Positions 39,233-51,818 of a DNA stretch of 64,000 nucleotides are shown here, one piece after another (positions within the stretch are counted from its first letter, which is position 1; the number at the start of each line of letters is the position of its first letter). A program made the translations under genes and the position numbers. Where the stretch lies: NCBI GenBank assembly GCA_964016885.1, contig OZ024745.1:101680001-101744000 (forward strand), in the 5' to 3' direction. The DNA is from Eledone cirrhosa. Lineage: Eukaryota. Under the pieces are notes generated by a model. That model made no database searches. It had not been told where the DNA came from and saw nothing but the letters and a program-made list of their open reading frames with translations.

Positions 39233-40338
39233 CTGAGAATTATAGGCACATATTAATTTGGTGCAGAAGTTACCAAACTAATTCTAGAAGTCATGTTTAT
39301 TGTTTATTTGTGTCCTGTAACTTAGCAGTTTGACAAATAAAGATTGATAAAATATGTACAAGACTTGAAAAAAGCAGTTGGTTTGATATGATCAACTTAA
39401 TCGCTTCAAGATGGTACCCCAGTGAAAACTTGGGGATATAAAAACACTCTGATGCAGGACAACATTCAAACCTTATTGTTGTTTTTCACATCAAGACAAC
39501 ATTGTAGGGCAGAAAATATACCTTACCTTCTTATTTTTCTTACTGGTTTCATTCATTGGACTATGGTTATGATTGGGTATCTACACCTTTCAAGAGTTTT
39601 CATCAATTATATCAATTTCACGAAGGACAGGCAAGTTTACTTTGGCATAAAAGTATGTAACCTGGATATAACTAAATACCCTAAACTATGTCTATTCACA
39701 CCAATTTTTCTTCACCACACACTAATAGAAACGCACACAGACACACTCACATACTGACACTCACATATTGACACAAACGCACACTCTCATATACATCTGA
39801 TAGCATTCTACAGAGTTTCTATCTATCAAAGCTTTGGTTGACTTGAGTCTATGAGGGAAAACACTTTCCCTGGGTGCCATACAGTAGAATTGAACCTGTA
39901 ATAGTGGTGTGAACCAAACTTCTTAAACATATTACCATGCTTTAGCCCAAAATAGGAGTATGGTTTGAAGATGCTGTATTTTTATTGTTGTCTTTTTAAA
40001 ATAAATACTAAATAATTCATTATTGCTTCAACTGGTAAACTGGTAAGATGGTTTGTTTATTTCTAATTCTGGGGCAACTAGATATAGATATTGATTCAAC
40101 AGTTAATCTTCTTATTCATATATTGGAGCTTGGTTTTATGGACCACTGCATGTATAATTAATATTGAATGTTGAGTATGGTATATATATGGCATGTGAAC
40201 TTCAGAGATAGTCTGACCTACATTTAGAGATGATACATCAATAATAATATGAAGATGTTATGGCAATAGATGATGCATGCTAGCTGAAAGGAACGTATTT
40301 GTTGACATATAGAGACAGTTCTAAGAAGGCTAAGTTCA

Positions 40339-40527
40339 TAGATGTATACAGATGTATACAGCACAGGGATATCTTAGATGTATACAGATGTATACAGCAC
40401 AGGGATATCTTAGATGTATACAGATGTATACAGCACAGGGATATCTTAGATGTATACAGATGTATACAGCACAGGGATATCTTAGATGTATACAGATATA
40501 TACAGATGTATACAGCACAGGGATATC
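40339..40527. repeat. 36-bp minisatellite, about 5 copies
   Basis: Unit AGATGTATACAGATGTATACAGCACAGGGATATCTT. Confidence 0.95.
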
Positions 40528-40832
40528 ACAGAAGATCATACTATGTGGAATAACACTTTAATACTGATTCACTCAAATATATCGGCATTAAAGATCTGCA
40601 ATAAAACACTGATATAAAGGCTAATGTTCTAGAGATCAATCAGAAAAAACCTAAAACAAAGCAAATATACTAAGTGTTATTTAATTATGTATAATTGTAA
40701 CTTTAGTGATAAAAATATATCATAAACGTCAAGTTATAATCTTCATTGTTAGAAAATGGCTGAAGTATACAAAGGAAAGAATTGCATTTTCTTCCTGCCA
40801 TCAAACTTTCATCCTTTTGGGGTCTATAAGAT

Positions 40833-41018
40833 AATTGTTTCTACTTTTGGCACAAGGCCAGCAATTACTCAGTGCATTACTGGTACTTTATTTTATCGAC
40901 CCCGTAAGGATGAAAGGCAAAGTTAACCTCGGCGGGATTTGAACTCAGAATGGCAAGGGCCGTAACTCTATGTGTCAAAGCATGGCGTCCGACCCTCTAC
41001 CGATACTGCCAATCCACC
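40833..41018 (-). mobile_element. SINE family 1
   Basis: Reverse-complement consensus; TSD AAGATAATT at 40828 and 41019. Confidence 0.88.
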
Positions 41019-41099
41019 AAGATAATTATCAATAAAGTACTGGTTTTGATGCCATTGATTCCCTCCACCCACAGTGTGTGGCCTTGTACTTATATTAGA

Positions 41100-41232
41100 C
41101 TTCATTATTCTGAGTTCAAATCCTGCCGAGGTTAACTTACTTCGTCTTTCATCCTTACGGGGTCGATAAAATAAAGTACCAGTAATGCACTGGGTAATTG
41201 CTGGCCTTGTGCCAAAAGTAGATATAATTATT
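41100..41232 (+). mobile_element. SINE family 1, 3' part
   Basis: B-box, core and tail match the consensus. Confidence 0.8.
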
Positions 41233-41788
41233 ATGAGCACAAAAAGTGACTTTGAGTAGCATATTTATTTGAGTCTTTGAAAAAACTGCTTTGTAGCATT
41301 TGGCTACATTAAATCACATATTGAATTTGAATCCTATTAGATTCAGTTTTTTCTTTTGATAATCTGAGGGTAATGAAATAGATACCAGTCAATTACTGGG
41401 AAAGGGGGATCAATTAAGATAACTATACTCTTCTCCTAATGTATGGTTTTTAGCCTTTGTCAGAATTTATTAATATTAGCAGGAAAAAGAAAAATATTCA
41501 TTCCAGCTCTTTACACTGAGTACAAATCCTGCCAAGATCTTCATTGCCTTTCATCCTTCCAAGGTCAATAAAATAAAGTATCACTGAATTGTTGGCCTTG
41601 CGTCTAATTTGTAAATTTTATCATGAGCATGAAACAAACAGAAAACGCTTGCTATGAGAGGAGGGTGGGGCGTGTTATAAGTTGAAATATGAGATAATAT
41701 AGGACTGAGATGTGTAGAAACATGGGTATTTGTAGATATTGATTATGCAGTTCCCACCTACATAAATTTAGCTGGCCTCATACGAGTT

Positions 41789-42282
41789 TGTCACACACCC
41801 CGACCACTAGGTCACACACCCTAACCACTAGGTCACACACCCTAACCACTAGGTTACACACCCTAACCACTAGGTCACTCACCCTAACCACTAGGTCACA
41901 CACCCTAACGACTAGGTCACTCGCCCTGACCACTAGGTCACTCACCCTAACCACTAGGTCACTCACCCTAACCACTAGGTCACTCGTCCTGACCACTAGG
42001 TCACTCATCCTGACCACTAGGTCACTCACCCTAACCACTAGGTCACTCGTCCTGACCACTAGGTCACTCACCCTAACCACTAGGTCACTCACCCTAACCA
42101 CTAGGTCACTCACCCTAACCACTAGGTCACTCGCCCTGACCACTAGGTCACTCGCCCTGACCACTAGGTCACTCACCCTGACCACTAGGTCACTCACCCT
42201 GACCACTAGGTCACACACCCTAGTAAACTACGTCACACACCCTGACCACTAGGTCACACACCCTAACCACCAGGTCACACAC
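41789..42282. repeat. 21-bp minisatellite, about 23 copies
   Basis: Unit CAC(A/T)CACCCT(A/G)ACCACTAGGT. Confidence 0.97.
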
Positions 42283-42848
42283 CTTTACTTGGAGATGTAC
42301 AGACAGTGCAAACAAGCATTATGCATTAAAACAATGAGTGATAAGTTTTATGTAATAAATAAAGTGGAGAAGGCTCAAATGTTTTTCAGATTTATTTTTA
42401 ATTTTAAAGCTCTTCTTTGACAAATGAAATTTAGAAATATTGAATGATATAAAAAGTAGGTTTTCACAATTCATTTTATTCATTGTAGCTATATAACTTA
42501 CAACCTGTAAATTACATTTAAAAATATATAATATATAAATATCTATTCCTTATATTAACACATTGTTGTATTTGTCTACATATACTTATCATGAATCAAG
42601 TAGGGAGTCCCTACATGGTCACTTTACCAACTAGAAACAGCAACCCAGTCTATTTAAAATCATATCTAAAATATGTCTTTTAAAGAAGGAAGGACATATA
42701 GAGATAAACTCACTCTTTGAAAAGAAAGGATGGTCATGGCTAAACAACACACATATACCATACATTCCACACATACGTACATACATATACACATGCGCGC
42801 GCACACATACATACATTCACTCATACTAACATACATACATCCATATTT

Positions 42849-43172
42849 ACATACATACATAGGGACCATGGGATTTGCACTTAGAAAGTGCCTCTCCGAG
42901 GCACAAGTCCAGGCAAGGTTGCTTTGTGGAAGACCAGCAGTTGCCCATGCATACAAGTCTCCCCTCTCCTTGCCACCGATGATGACCAGGGGAAAGGCTA
43001 TGGCTGATACAGCTAGACACCAGTGATGTTGCAACTCATTTCTACAGCTGAGTGAACTGGAGCATCATGAAGTAAAGTGTCTTGCTTAAAGGCAATGCAT
43101 CACCTGATCTGAGAATCAAACTTACAAACTCTTGATTGTAAGTCCAATGCTCTAACCACTAAGCCATGTGTC

Positions 43173-43174
<2 letters not shown>
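42849..43174 (-). mobile_element. SINE family 2 head/core with a different tail ending in (TATG)n
   Basis: 43035-43172 matches 7023-7163; 42861-43034 is unrelated to the tails of the other two copies. Confidence 0.75.
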
Positions 43175-43204
<30 letters not shown>

Positions 43205-44329
43205 CTAACATACATACACACATACACGTATGTATCACAAGTACACTCATCTACATTTTATTATACTCTGTGGTCTCAATGAAAACAAGGTTTTGTTTTG
43301 TTTTGTTTTTTATCTAGTTTCATCTGTGTATCATGGCTCATAAAGTTTCATATCTAGACAAATGAAATTTTATTTATTATTATTGTTATTGTTTCTATTT
43401 ATTTATTGTTTATCATTTATTTCAAGAAGAAATTGATATCTATTATTTCATTCCAGCACAGATTCAGAAACATTCAATTTGAATGTTTTGTGTTATCCTA
43501 AAAGTTTTGGATATAAAATATTTTGTTGTTGTTGTCGACATGATTTATAACTGAAATTTAGTCAATTATATCTCTTAATACTTTAACCTTTTCTGCACCA
43601 ACCTGTCTGAAAATTTCTCTCATGTTTTCAAATTTGAATTCAAATCTTTGGCCGATATTTCACTACATGAAAGATAGTAATAGATTTCAATGGATCATCA
43701 TCATCTTTTAACATTCATTTTCCCTACTAGCAGAGGTTGGACAGGTTGTCACAAACCTAGTCAGTACTTAATCAAGGGTACTGACCTCTAAAACAGGCCA
43801 AGGGCCTGCATATTACTTATCTATTTCAACACGGAGATTTTCATGGAGATTTTCATGTCTTTGACATAACTGAAGAATCACCTCAACGTTTTGTTTGCCA
43901 CATTTTCTATTGATGGATGCCCTTCATTTCACTAACCACTTATGGAGTGTACTGAGTGTGTTTATTATGTAGTTTTTGAGTTTCCACATTTTAGAATGTA
44001 TATGGAAAGGAAACCTATTTCATAATTCACTGAACAATTCTGGTTTAAATTTCTACTCTTTGTGACTTTCATTTACTTCATTTCTTTTTTCTGCTGAAAT
44101 GCAAGCCTCCCTTTGGAACAGTGACACAGTTCTAATAATAGAATAATTTTATTAACCTCAAGGAAAGGAAATAAATATTTGAATATGTGATCAGCAATTA
44201 TTTTATCAAAGCTGATGAATAATGATTGAATTTCTTGCATAGTTTTACACTTTGAAAACCATTACTTTAATTTGTTGCAATATTTCAGAGTTTCTGTGGT
44301 GATAGGTCATCTGTATTATTATTATTATT

Positions 44330-44738
44330 TGGTAGAGTATCGGGCACTATGCTTTGCAGCATAGAGTTGTGGCCCTTTACATTCTTAGTTCAAATCCTGC
44401 TGAGGTTAGCTTTGCCTTCCATCCTTACGGGATTCAACAAAATAAAGTACCAGTCACGCACTGGACTGATTTAATCAACTTCCCCTCACTCCAAAAATTG
44501 CTGGCCTTGTGCCTGTATCAGAAACCAGGATTATTATTATTATTATAGTGGACAACTTGCTTTGTGGCATGGAGTTACTTCCCTTTATGTTCTGAGTTCA
44601 AATTCCATTAAAGTTAGCGTTGTCTTTCATCCTTACAAGTTCATTAAAGTAAAGAACCAGTAACATACTGGGGTCGATTTAATCAACTTTCCCCTCCCCA
44701 AAATTGTTGGCTTTGTGCCTAAAGTAGAAACAATTATT
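44330..44738 (+). mobile_element. Two tandem SINE family 1 copies directly upstream of exon 7
   Basis: Two B-box/core/tail sets separated by (ATT)n. Confidence 0.8.
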
Positions 44739-44750
44739 TTGTCATTTAAG

Positions 44751-44859
44751 ATGTACCAGTATTAACAAGGTCACCGAGATCACCGAGATCACCAAGGAAC
44801 CATCAAAACCCAGCCAATTTGAATTCTTTATCTGATGAAACCAGAACTGCTGGAAAGAA
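44751..44859 (+). CDS. KATNIP: KATNIP-like exon 7 (D-VPVLTRSPRSPRSPRNHQ...TAGK)
   Basis: TAAG acceptor, AA|GTATGT donor; phase 1 in, phase 2 out, exactly bridging exons 6 and 8. Confidence 0.7.
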
Positions 44860-45480
44860 GTATGTTAATTACATTGTATTTATTTTTGTATGTAATTATG
44901 CAATTCTTTGTGAAATTTCCCAATATTCTCTTGTATAATACATAGTTTTTTTGTTTGTTTTTTTGTTACGAGTTACACACAGCTAACATTTTGCAGGGGA
45001 TGTTTATAATCACTTTAATTGGTCCCTTTATATATACGTATATATATATATATATATATATTAATGGTACTGCTTTTATGAATCGAGAAATATAAACTGT
45101 ACAATAAATCCCAGTGGGGGTTTAAATGTAGAATATAGTAGGGATGGACCCCCCCCCCCCCAAAAAAAAAAAACACTTCATATTGTGAGGTATTTAGTTC
45201 ACTGTTTTGACATTTCCCTAAAATAATCTATTTAATAGCAAAAATAGGTGTAACAGTAGAGTGCTACAACTTTATATGTTGTGTTTAATGTGAGATATAC
45301 TGATATGTTAAGTTTGGTTAAATAAGAGAAATATACTCTCAGGTCTTGAATATTCACCCTCCCCACGTTATTAATTTTTCAGATTCTTTAACCCCCAAGC
45401 ACTTATTAAATTTTGCTAATCCTCTCTCTGGTGAAATTTTATAAGTGATTCATATTGATACAGCAGCTGGAGAAGCTAGT

Positions 45481-45665
45481 AATTGTTTCTACTTTTGGCA
45501 CAAGGCCAGCAATTACCCAGTGAATTACTGGTACTTTATTTTATCGACCCCGTAAGGATGAAAGGCAAAGTTAACCTTGGCGGGATTTGAACTCAGAATG
45601 GCAAGGGCCGTAACTCTATACGTCAAAGCATGGCATCTGACCCTCTACCGATACTACCAATCCAA
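45481..45665 (-). mobile_element. SINE family 1
   Basis: Near-identical to 40833-41018. Confidence 0.88.
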
Positions 45666-47004
45666 TCTAATAATAATTTTATTTTGCATTAAAAAAAACA
45701 TTATATATGACAAGCCCACCCTGTATGCTAACCTGACACCACAACAACAAAAACACCCAGTCTATCCTGTGAAGGGGTCATGTTGGTGACATGAGAAAAA
45801 AAAGCACCCAGTCCAATATGTGAAGGGGTCATGTTGGTAACATGAGAAAAAAAAGCACCCAGTCCACCTTGATAGATGGTAATTTTGGTGCCACAATGAA
45901 AAAGCACCCTGTCCACACTGTATAAATCAAGCCAAAATATAGATCTGTATGAGAAAGACATGAGTCACCTGACCTGCCTTGTCTCATAATGTGACAACCT
46001 GTCTAAACCATGCAAGTGTGGAATAATGATGATATCTATTTTCTCCGGTATCCCAGACGTGTGTGATAATTCAGTGGAGCAAAAGAACCAAAATGGGTAA
46101 ACCCTGAGAAGGTCGCCTGCTTCAAATACCTAGGCTCCTTAGTCACTGCCATGAGTCAGGGAAAAGTAGATATCAATGCCATCATTGACAGCACCCACCT
46201 TGCCTTCTGTCAGTATGCAGGTGATAGGGCAAAATGAAGAAGGCTTTAACAGGGAAAATGGCCTTTATTTGTGTTTTTATATTTTAAGAGTGTTATCTAT
46301 ATGTGAAACTTTTTGATTTATTTTATTTGTAAAATTCAATCAAAATACGTATTTACTGTATTTACATTAAATATTTACTGTTTTTCAATCTCCTAAGATT
46401 GATAAAATATTTGTACCTGTAATATACTGTTGTAAATTCAGTTAACTATATTCTTAGATAAAAAAGTTATTAATATCTTTATTGAATGATATCAATATTT
46501 ATTGATTCAATGCTGTATTGTTTTACAAATGTAGAAAGTGTCTCTTTTAAATTTTTTTAACCAACAGATCAATGGCATACTGTGTCTGGTCTGTTCAGTC
46601 CAATGACTGATTTCTTAAACCTTTAGTAAAATAATAGAATTAATTTATTTCTTCATGTTCAGACATGTTACAATAATTATAATAACCCAGCCAATGTAAC
46701 AAATTAGAAAATATATACTATATTTCAATTATTTATATTACTCTGTGTAGCTGGTTTAGAATGGGTACACCATACTTTTGCATGTCATAAGAGGCAACTA
46801 AAAGAGGTTGGCGATAGAAAAGGCATCTCCATGATTAATGAAGTGACTGTCATAGGATTTGCAAGGTTAAACTATGCTTTATTTAGCTAGGAAAATAACT
46901 TTAAAATACTTACTTGTGTTGTATTCCATTTATTTATATTAGTGAATTTTTTTCATAAAACATAATTTAGACTCTTTGGCAATTGTTTAAATGATGGTTT
47001 TGTT

Positions 47005-47643
47005 AGAACAGCAATGTTACATGGTAGTGGGACCTGGGCACTGTCTGTGGAAGACTTGCGTAGATTAGAAAGAAACGAAGCCTGCATGTTCCAATGGATG
47101 TGTAATAGTAATATACGCGAACGGCAAAACATAAATGAATTGAGAGAGAGACTGAGCATAAGAGGAATCAAATGCTGTGTGCAGGAGAGGTGGTTGCGTT
47201 GGTATGGACATGTGATGCGTATGAAGGATGAAAAGTGCAGAGCAGTAGAAGTTGATGGAAACCGCGGAGTGGGGAGACCCAAGAAGACATGGGATGAGGC
47301 GATAGAAGCCAACCTTACCCAATTACACATCTCAAAGGCGATGACACACGACCGTGACCTCTGGCGTCACACAGTAATACAGAAGACCCGACGCCCTACG
47401 AGTACAATATGCCCCCACACTGCAAAGTGGTCATGGAGGTGCCACGGAAAAAAGCACCCAGCACTCACTGTAAATGAGGTTGGTGTTAGGAAGGGCATCC
47501 AGCTGTAGAAATCAAGCCAGAATCAGTTACCGTATGAGCAAGACAAGGTCAACCAACCAGACACTGCCCACAACAGGACAACCCATCTAACCCATGCTAG
47601 CACGGCAGAACGGACGTAAAACGGTGATGATGATGATGATGAC
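47005..47643 (+). mobile_element. RTE subfamily C 3' fragment
   Basis: ORF 47014..47508 matches 30585-31000; (GAT)n end. Confidence 0.9.
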
Positions 47644-49352
47644 TGCTTATACCAACTACTCATCTAAGAAGGAAGAGACTTTTTCAATTCTTTCATGACC
47701 TGGTGTCTGATAAAATACAGTTTCAATTAATTTTGAAAATAAGCAATACTTTTGTGGGATTTAGTAAAATAAGTAAGCTTTTATTTATTTAGCAATCTGT
47801 AAAGTTGCTGGCAATAGGAAGGACATCCAGCCATAGAAATCTTGCCAAACAAAGGGTGAAGATGTCTCTTCAGTTATGCCATAAATAAGATAACCTCCTT
47901 ATTACAAGTGCTATGATAAAACACATCCAGTACACTTTGTAAAGTGTGGAAATGTATGTAAGCAAGATACAGCACCCCAGCCAATCTAATTAAGTATTGA
48001 CATGATCTGTAAACCCCCCCCCCCCTCCATGCTATGATAGAAGACACTTTTCACAGGTGCCACACAGTAGTACCAAAGCCAGAACCATGTGATTCCAAAG
48101 TGAACTTCATTACCACACTGTTTAAGAGCCCATATATTTCCGATAAAGGCATTTTCTTTTTATTATTTTGCATTGGAGATTTTCTGAACCTGATGGTATA
48201 TAATTGAATTAATTAAGATTTCCATCTAATTGTATTCCATTGTTTTTTGTTCTGCACATTGCTCAAATTTTCTCATATGTTACATTTATTACATTTTAAA
48301 TTGTTAATTTTTTTCTATGTGAGATCTAGCTTTTGGCTACAAATACTCTATGTAAACATTTTTTATATCAACCTACTTGAGACCTTTCACTTTTGGTTCA
48401 ATGATACAAAACTTCCTGTTCTAAAGCATTCGTATTTAAATTAAAACCTTCCATCTCAATATAATTTTTAAGAAAAAGAAGAAATTTGGCTAAGTTACAT
48501 TCCTAACATTGGGTTAATAAGGAAAAGGTTAACTATTTTATTGAATGCCTCGGTTCTCGATTATTTTTTAAATAAACTAAATCACACGAACACTATATTT
48601 CATTAGAAACATGGTGAGAAAAGAGTTATAGTAGTTGTGCTTCTAGCTAAAAAATTGAACTGCCTGTTGGAAAATTCTGTTTTACTTTTGTATTGCACTG
48701 GAGAGAGAATAATTCACAATGACTTGTTTTCAAAAGGGATTAAGCTGTTGTTAACAACAGACAACAAGGTTAGATTAATCATCAATCATCAGTAGAAAAT
48801 CACTGGAGGGCTAAATTCATCATCAGTAAAAAAAAAAAAAAGTAAAGTTACTATAATTAGAAGATTTCTAAGAATGCTCTCATTACTATTTTGCTGTTTC
48901 TAGACATTGGGCTGTGATCATAGGGGGCGATATTGTGATTAATTGTAATTGCTGGTAATTAGCAGAGCTCTCAATTAATTAATTACCTTACAATTAGTCT
49001 TTTATTATAAAATTGATGTTTTCTTTATTTATTTATTTGTTTGTTTCTGATGGGATTTCATTTTGTCATTGATTAACATTTTATAATGCAAAAGTTCTCA
49101 TCAATTTGTAATTTTCTCAATGCTTCATTGCTAATGTTTCATTATTTTTTAAACTATACATTACTCTGGGATAAATTAAATTATGGCGTTATCTGGATCA
49201 TTGCATGGTGCCAGAAATTGAAATGTCATAACTCTTCTGTATGAAGAAAAAAAACTCTTTGACTTCTCAGTCATTGTAATTTTTTTGTCACTAGAGAAAG
49301 AATAGCAACTGAAGAGTTGTTTGATTGACTAAACTCAACTTAGTATATTAAA

Positions 49353-49566
49353 CCCTTTAGCACTTAAACCGGCCATATCTGACCAGAATTCTCTCACTTC
49401 TTTCTGTTCAAACTGGCTGTAACATGTTGCTCATAATGATGTTAAGGTATTGTTCTCAAAATAAATATATCTCATAGATTTGATATTATGTGAGATAATT
49501 ATGTGAAATAAAGCCTTTACCATGAAAATACAATAGTAAATATAGAGTAATGTAAATGGTGAAGGG
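49353..49566. mobile_element. piggyBac-like MITE, second copy
   Basis: Colinear with 3381-3596. Confidence 0.75.
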
Positions 49567-49689
49567 TTAAGTAAGGGTCAACTCTCTGGCCAATTGGATC
49601 TCAAAACAAGGGAAGGATCAAACTAAATACTGTCAATAGTTTTACTCTGGTATTCTGTTATCTTTACTAGTTTACACCATTTCAATTGA

Positions 49690-50417
49690 ATTCTTCTTTT
49701 TCTTTGTTGTTTTTCTTCTGCCTCTTTTTCTTCATTTTTTTCTTTTTCCTCTCTTTTTTTTTTTTTTTTTTCTTTCTTTTTTCTTTTTTCCTTCTGCTTT
49801 TTTTTCTTCTGCTGCTTTTTTTCTTTTTTTCTTTTTTCTTTTTTCCTTCCATTAGTTTTCTTTTATTTCTTTTCTTTTTTCTTTTACTTTTTTCTTTTTC
49901 TTTTTTTCTCATTTTTCTTTTTTCTTTTTCTTTTCCTCTTTTTCCTTGTTTTTTTCCTCCTTTTTTATCTTTTTCTTTTTCTTTTTTCTTTCCTTTTCCT
50001 CTTTTTCCTTTTTTTCTTTTCTCTTTTTCTTTTTCCTTTTTTTTTCTATGTTTTCTTTTTCTTCTGCTTCTTTTCCTCTTTCTTCTTTTTTCTTTTTCTT
50101 TCTTTTTCCTTTTTTTCTTTTTCCTTTTTTTCTTTTTCCTTCTATTTTTTCTTCTGTTTCTTTTTTTTCTCCTGCTTCTTTTTCTTTTTTCTTTTTCTCC
50201 TTTTCTTTTTTCTTTTTCTTTTTTTCTTTTCCCTTTTTTTCTTTTTTTCTTTTTTTCTGCTTCTGCTTTTTCTTTCGCATTTTCTTTTTTTCTTTTTCTT
50301 TCCCCCTTTTTTCTTGTTTTTGTTTTTCCTTCTTTTTCTGATTTTTTTTCTTTTTTTCTTTTTTTTCCTTTTCCTCTTTTTTCTTTTTTTCCTTTTCCTC
50401 TTTTTCCTCCTCCTCCT
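49690..50417. repeat. ~730-bp polypyrimidine/polypurine low-complexity tract
   Basis: Almost only T/C on +; source of the poly-Phe and poly-Lys ORFs. Confidence 0.95.
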
Positions 50418-51246
50418 GGTCAGCCACTCTTGTTAAATGTCATCCAGGAGTCAAGGTGTGGACAGATTTCACTACACATAAACAGTCTTTCACAAATTCC
50501 CACAATAAAAAAAAATTACAAGCAGTAAGATTGGGTGACGTTGGCAGCCAGTTATGAAGGGCAAAATAGGTAGCATATTTATCAGTTGTAAACATTGTAA
50601 ATAAAACTTCATATTCAGATATGTATTGTACAAGTATCACATGGTGATATGTTCATTTGTTTAAAAAATATAGCTTTTTGAAATCAGGTGATTCTTTGAG
50701 TGTGTGTGTGGAAAATGGATGTTAAATGTTGATGATATATGTGTGTGTAAACTTATGAAATACTGAACATTAATAATTGAAAACAGTATTATTTAATGTG
50801 TGACAATGATAGTAATTCTAATAATTCTTCTAAATGGTTATGGGCTGGTGTGTTAATCAACAGATTATTTTTCAACAGATTATTTTTCAACACAGAAAGA
50901 ATCCTCTCTCTCCTCATAGTTTCATGTCTACATTTTCTTCGTGAATTTCTTTCAATAAGTGTGACAGAGTATAGGCTTTTCGGGCTACATTTGAACTCTT
51001 AACCACAGCTCAATAATCTAATGCAGTATCTACAAATGTATTAAGATTGCTAAATAAAAAGAGTATCTTTATTCCCTATAATACATAAAAACATAGCATT
51101 GTAGTTTCTGTTATTTATATTTTCTTAACACATTTACTTTAATATATGTGTTAAAATAAAAATTATGTATCAACCAAAGTTTTAAATCTTAACCATCTGC
51201 TTTGGAGTTTATTATTTCAGTTGTCAAAGCTACTGTATTTAATAAA

Positions 51247-51280
<34 letters not shown>

Positions 51281-51372
51281 ATGTATATATAATGTATTTT
51301 GCAATACACTTTATTAAAAGCATGTTGAAGACCGTAAGCTATTGTTTTAAAGTAGTGACAAATTCACTGACT

Positions 51373-51469
51373 TTGATCTCAGCAAACAGGGGAGATAAGC
51401 CGACATGACATGTTTCGCTTTTGTTGAAGCTTATCAAGGCCAACTACCCCGCCTGTCTACTGAGATCAA
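51373..51469 (-). ncRNA. Second identical hammerhead copy on the minus strand
   Basis: Exact reverse complement of 51722-51818. Confidence 0.72.
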
Positions 51470-51721
51470 TGATGTTATATTCTTATAGAAATCTAGTAAA
51501 TAATCAAGTGAATTTGTCACTACTTTAAAACAATAGCTTACGGTCTTCAAAATGCTTTTAATTAAGCATAAAGTGTATTGCAAAATACATTATATATACA
51601 TCCATATATATATTGCTATTTCAGAGCTCCAATTCTAATTTTTAATTTCTGCCTGACCAACAACCGCTCTGCATAATCAGCTCCTGATTATTTACTAGAT
51701 TTCTATAAGAATATAACATCA

Positions 51722-51818
51722 TTGATCTCAGTAGACAGGCGGGGTAGTTGGCCTTGATAAGCTTCAACAAAAGCGAAACATGTCATGTCGGCTTATCTCC
51801 CCTGTTTGCTGAGATCAA
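51722..51818 (+). ncRNA. Type I hammerhead ribozyme, U3-A8 core variant
   Basis: Long stem I; core TTGATAA (51754-60); stem II GCTT-CAACAA-AAGC; GAA; stem III ACAT-GTC-ATGT; GUC site with predicted cleavage after 51789. Confidence 0.75.

Noticed and set aside
41789-42282. CRISPR array, telomere tract or 7-aa repeat protein
   Set aside because: Head-to-tail 21-bp units with no spacers, not (TTAGGG)n; the ORFs follow from the unit length being a multiple of three.
49682-50528. Poly-Lys/Glu and poly-Phe ORFs
   Set aside because: Low-complexity T/C tract.
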